Below, in pieces: positions 17,178 to 20,000 of a DNA stretch of 20,000 nucleotides. The translations under genes and the position numbers were made by a program. The DNA is from an uncultured virus (IMG/VR IMGVR_UViG_2687453388_000001) (taxonomy: Duplodnaviria > Heunggongvirae > Uroviricota > Caudoviricetes), in the IMG/VR virus record IMGVR_UViG_2687453388_000001. The stretch is one strand, 5' to 3'. Below the pieces are notes generated by a model, which saw nothing but the letters and a program-made list of their open reading frames with translations, was not told the DNA's origin and did no database searches. How positions within the stretch are numbered: the stretch's first letter is position 1; the number at the start of each line of letters is the position of its first letter.

Positions 17178-18683
17178 TTGGTTAATCCAGAGTTTTATGA
17201 AAAAATAGCTAAAATATTCTGTGGAGATGATTTAGAACTATTCAAGTACAAATCCGGCCCAGACCTAGTTCACTTTTTTAATAATAATTTCAAAATATCT
17301 GATAGCTATGGACAGGGCTTTCCAACAAGGTGGAGATATGTAAATCAAAAATTATTAGATTTTTCTTCAGTAGGAAAGATTGATGAGTATTTCAATATAA
17401 TTCTTTCTAAACAGTATCTTTTAACAGAAAGACAAATCAGTGAAATTGATGCACTTGTGCATCAACAAAGAATATTAGATGAACTGAATAAAGTATGCTC
17501 GGTTTACTCGCTAAAACTATCTCAAAAAGATGGTGCATTTCATTTAGTAGAAATTGATTTAGATCTGATTGAAATTGGTAGTGGTGGTTTTGCAAATATT
17601 TATTTCCAAAAATCAACAGGACTAGTATTGAAAAAACTTAATGAGGAATCTGCAAGAAGCGCTTCAATCCGAAGCCGCTTTAAGCGTGAATATGAAATAA
17701 CTAAATCTTGTTCAGATATTGGAAGTATCATTAAAGTGTATGATTTTGATATTGGTAATTGCTCATATACTATGGAGAAAGCAGATAATATATTGGATGA
17801 CTTTGTTAAAGAAAGTTTTTTGACAGAGGATTCTCAAATTAATATTATTCGACAAATTTTGTATTCGATGTCACTAGTTCATCAAAGAGGCGTGCTACAT
17901 AGAGATTTGAGTCCGACCAATATATTCTTCATAAATGGTATAATTAAATTAGCTGATTTTGGATTGGGGAAAAATCTGAATACGTTAACTTCTCATCAAA
18001 CTATGGATACGGCGTCTTTTGGGCAACTTTTTTATTGTGCTCCAGAGCAACTTACCCTGTTGAAAGATGCTGATAAACGCAGTGATGTTTACTCACTAGG
18101 ACGTATAATAAATTTTGTAATGACAAAAAATCCTAACGATTTTTCCCACTCATTACGTTCAATTAGTGAGAAAGCAACTAATTTAAATCCAGAATATCGA
18201 TATGAAGATGCTACTAACATGTTAGAAAAACTCAATAGATTAGTTAGTATCAGAGGTGATGAAAAATATGAAGTAATGATATGGGATAAGATTTCAAATC
18301 AAAAAATTGATTCGGATGTGGAAAATTATATCTATGAATTATCTGGTATAGACTTATGTCAAAAGTGTATGCAGAAAGGTAATATTTTTTTAGATGCGCT
18401 ATTTGAATTTGTAAAAATAGATGATAGTCATGCAATCTACATAGTCCAACAGATAGGCTCTCATTATAAAACTCAGTTAAAGAAATTCGAAGATGCGGAT
18501 ATTTTTGCAAACTTTGCCTACAGAATTTTGAAAGGGAATTTTACTTATACTATAAATGAAGTTGCAGCTACAATATTGAGATATGTTGCTTTTGAAGTTA
18601 ATCGATTTAATGCGCAACACAAAATCGATGATTTAAAGGCACGTGGATTAGAACCTTTAATTGAAGACATCTTAGAAAGATGA
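17178..18683 (+). CDS. stk2: Stk2-type Hanks Ser/Thr kinase (abortive-infection phage defence)
   Basis: IGSGGFA, K152, HRD243LSPTN, DFG and APE motifs; 501 aa with a central kinase domain. K152, D243 and T147/S272/T275/T278 coincide with the residue numbering I recall for staphylococcal Stk2. TTG start after AAGGGG. Confidence 0.85.
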   Translation: MVNPEFYEKIAKIFCGDDLELFKYKSGPDLVHFFNNNFKISDSYGQGFPTRWRYVNQKLLDFSSVGKIDEYFNIILSKQYLLTERQISEIDALVHQQRILDELNKVCSVYSLKLSQKDGAFHLVEIDLDLIEIGSGGFANIYFQKSTGLVLKKLNEESARSASIRSRFKREYEITKSCSDIGSIIKVYDFDIGNCSYTMEKADNILDDFVKESFLTEDSQINIIRQILYSMSLVHQRGVLHRDLSPTNIFFINGIIKLADFGLGKNLNTLTSHQTMDTASFGQLFYCAPEQLTLLKDADKRSDVYSLGRIINFVMTKNPNDFSHSLRSISEKATNLNPEYRYEDATNMLEKLNRLVSIRGDEKYEVMIWDKISNQKIDSDVENYIYELSGIDLCQKCMQKGNIFLDALFEFVKIDDSHAIYIVQQIGSHYKTQLKKFEDADIFANFAYRILKGNFTYTINEVAATILRYVAFEVNRFNAQHKIDDLKARGLEPLIEDILER

Positions 18684-18707
18684 ATTATTGCTAGCAAAGA
18701 GAATTAT

Positions 18708-18775
18708 TTTCGTTCCATAGTATAATCCTAATTTTGACCAATCTCATTTCGTTCCATAATATAGGTAATACCTAT
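18708..18775. repeat. 17 bp direct repeats plus a palindrome in the phage arm of attR
   Basis: TTTCGTTCCATAGTATA 18708-18724 and TTTCGTTCCATAATATA 18747-18763; ATAGGTA-A-TACCTAT 18761-18775. Confidence 0.8.
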
Positions 18776-18777
18776 CA

Positions 18778-18816
18778 ACACATGTGGAGTGTGTGGCTCT
18801 GCTCGTAAAAGCCTAG
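18778..18816 (+). other. rumA: attR junction and displaced 3' end of rumA/rlmD (23S rRNA uracil methyltransferase)
   Basis: CAT GTG GAG TGT GTG GCT CTG CTC GTA AAA GCC TAG encodes HVECVALLVKA*, the characteristic RumA C-terminus, with no rumA sequence upstream. GG at 18786-18787 is the likely crossover dinucleotide. Confidence 0.82.
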
Positions 18817-18842
18817 AAACTTTTTAACGAAAGGAATATTAA

Positions 18843-19145
18843 AAAGCCTTAGATAATCGACTGACCTATTACCAAAAAATCGAAGGGGCTCTACTTGCCA
18901 TTGCACAAACACCAGGAAATAGTTTGCCAACTATGCAGCTGTTAGATGAGTTAGTTCTTCCAAAAGACATTACCATAGCAGATGTCAGTCAAAGTATCCA
19001 AGAATTTGAAATAGAAAGAGATGCCCTTCAAGAATTTTTTGACGATATGCTGAAGACTTATACAACCTACCAAGAAATGAAAGATTATATTAAATCTCGT
19101 GAAGCGAACACTCCTAAGCAAGAGACAGAAGAAAAATCACTTTGA
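18843..19145 (+). pseudogene. Gene remnant resembling the C-terminal helical region of streptococcal ICE relaxases
   Basis: Frame open from 18843 without a clear RBS or start: KALDNRLTYYQKIEGALLAIA...IQEFEIERDALQEFFDDMLKTYTTYQEMK. Family assignment is from recall only. Confidence 0.45.
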
Positions 19146-19192
19146 AGACTGTAGACTTAACATAAGTAAAAAATAACCATATATGATATCGC

Positions 19193-19221
19193 TTTCATTC
19201 TTATGTTTTTTGTGATAAACT
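19193..19221 (+). promoter_or_regulatory. Possible aphA promoter
   Basis: TTTCAT 19193-19198, 17 bp spacer ending in TG-A, TAAACT 19216-19221. Confidence 0.4.
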
Positions 19222-19262
19222 AATTAAAGAAATAATTTTTATACTTTATTATGGAGGTTCTT

Positions 19263-20000
19263 ATGAAGAAAGTGTTAGTGAGTAGTCTTTTGGTTTTAGG
19301 GATTACGATAACGTTACAAACAGTAGTTGAGGCTAAGGGGCCAAAAGTAGCTTATACACAAGAGGGAATGACTGCTCTTTCGGACACAAATAAAGATAAA
19401 GTCACTACTATTTCTATTGACGAGATTCAAAAAAGCTTAGAAGGTAAGAAGCCGATTACTGTTAGTTTTGATATTGATGATACACTGCTTTTCAGTAGTC
19501 AATATTTTCAATATGGTAAAGAATATGTAACTCCTGGATCGTTTGATTTTCTTCATAAACAAAAATTCTGGGATCTTGTTGCAAAACGAGGAGATCAAGA
19601 TTCCATTCCCAAAGAATATGCTAAAAAATTAATTGCTATGCATCAAAAACGAGGAGATAAAATTGTTTTTATAACAGGTAGGACAAGAGGGTCAATGTAT
19701 AAGGAGGGCGAGGTTGATAAAACAGCTAAAGCCTTAGCTAAAGATTTTAAATTAGACAAACCAATTGCTGTAAATTATACAGGCGATAAACCTAAAAAGC
19801 CATACAAATATGATAAATCATATTATATTAAGAAATATGGTTCAGACATTCATTATGGAGATAGTGATGACGATATTCATGCAGCTAGGGAGGCCGGTGC
19901 TAGACCAATTAGAATTTTAAGAGCACCTAATTCTACAAATCTACCTTTACCAGAAGCTGGAGGCTACGGTGAAGAGGTTCTCGAAAATTCAGCTTACTAG
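19263..20000 (+). CDS. aphA: Class B acid phosphatase (HAD superfamily), host gene
   Basis: ATG 19263 after GGAGG; signal peptide; VSFDIDDTLLFSS, FITGR and YGDSDDDI..A motifs; RILRAPNSTNLPLPEAGGYGEEV; TAG at 19998-20000. Confidence 0.95.
   Translation: MKKVLVSSLLVLGITITLQTVVEAKGPKVAYTQEGMTALSDTNKDKVTTISIDEIQKSLEGKKPITVSFDIDDTLLFSSQYFQYGKEYVTPGSFDFLHKQKFWDLVAKRGDQDSIPKEYAKKLIAMHQKRGDKIVFITGRTRGSMYKEGEVDKTAKALAKDFKLDKPIAVNYTGDKPKKPYKYDKSYYIKKYGSDIHYGDSDDDIHAAREAGARPIRILRAPNSTNLPLPEAGGYGEEVLENSAY

Larger units (their letters stand above)
1..18787 (+). mobile_element. Prophage (siphovirus, phi-m46.1/phi-SsUD.1-like layout), right part; left end lies outside the window
   Basis: Co-oriented head, tail, lysis and tandem serine recombinase genes plus cargo, ending at a junction with the rumA 3' end (HVECVALLVKA*), followed by host aphA. 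Confidence 0.93.

Noticed and set aside
17173..17208. ATG at 17173 as the kinase start, or evidence of a frameshift
   Set aside because: Out of frame and only 2 nt from the GGGG; TTG 17178 has proper SD spacing and gives a full-length kinase
18250..18510. 86 aa minus-strand ORF within the kinase gene
   Set aside because: Antisense shadow with no recognisable features
18708..18763. Direct repeats considered as a mini CRISPR array
   Set aside because: Only two 17 bp copies with a 22 bp gap and no cas genes; better explained as att-arm sites

Overview
This window is the right-hand half of a temperate siphovirus prophage in a Streptococcus chromosome. The host is most likely S. agalactiae, inferred from the rumA-end / small ORF / class B acid phosphatase context. 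From 1 to 13280 it carries the end of an HK97-fold capsid gene, head-tail joining genes, major tail protein, a tail chaperone with a -1 frameshift, tape measure, Dit, Tal, a DUF859-type distal tail protein, holin and a multi-domain endolysin. An unannotated type I toxin-antitoxin-like locus follows (13303-13695). Next come two tandem large serine recombinases, the second cut by a premature stop. An AT-rich two-gene cargo operon then encodes a predicted PD-(D/E)xK nuclease and a Stk2-type anti-phage Ser/Thr kinase. The right attachment site lies in the displaced 3' end of rumA (about 18786), followed by host DNA (a relaxase-like remnant and aphA). The layout fits the phi-m46.1/phi-SsUD.1-like phages that integrate into rumA. 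The best candidates for new biology are the nuclease-Stk2 pair and the leader-peptide-coupled toxin with its antisense RNA. All family assignments come from motif recognition and recall, not database searches.
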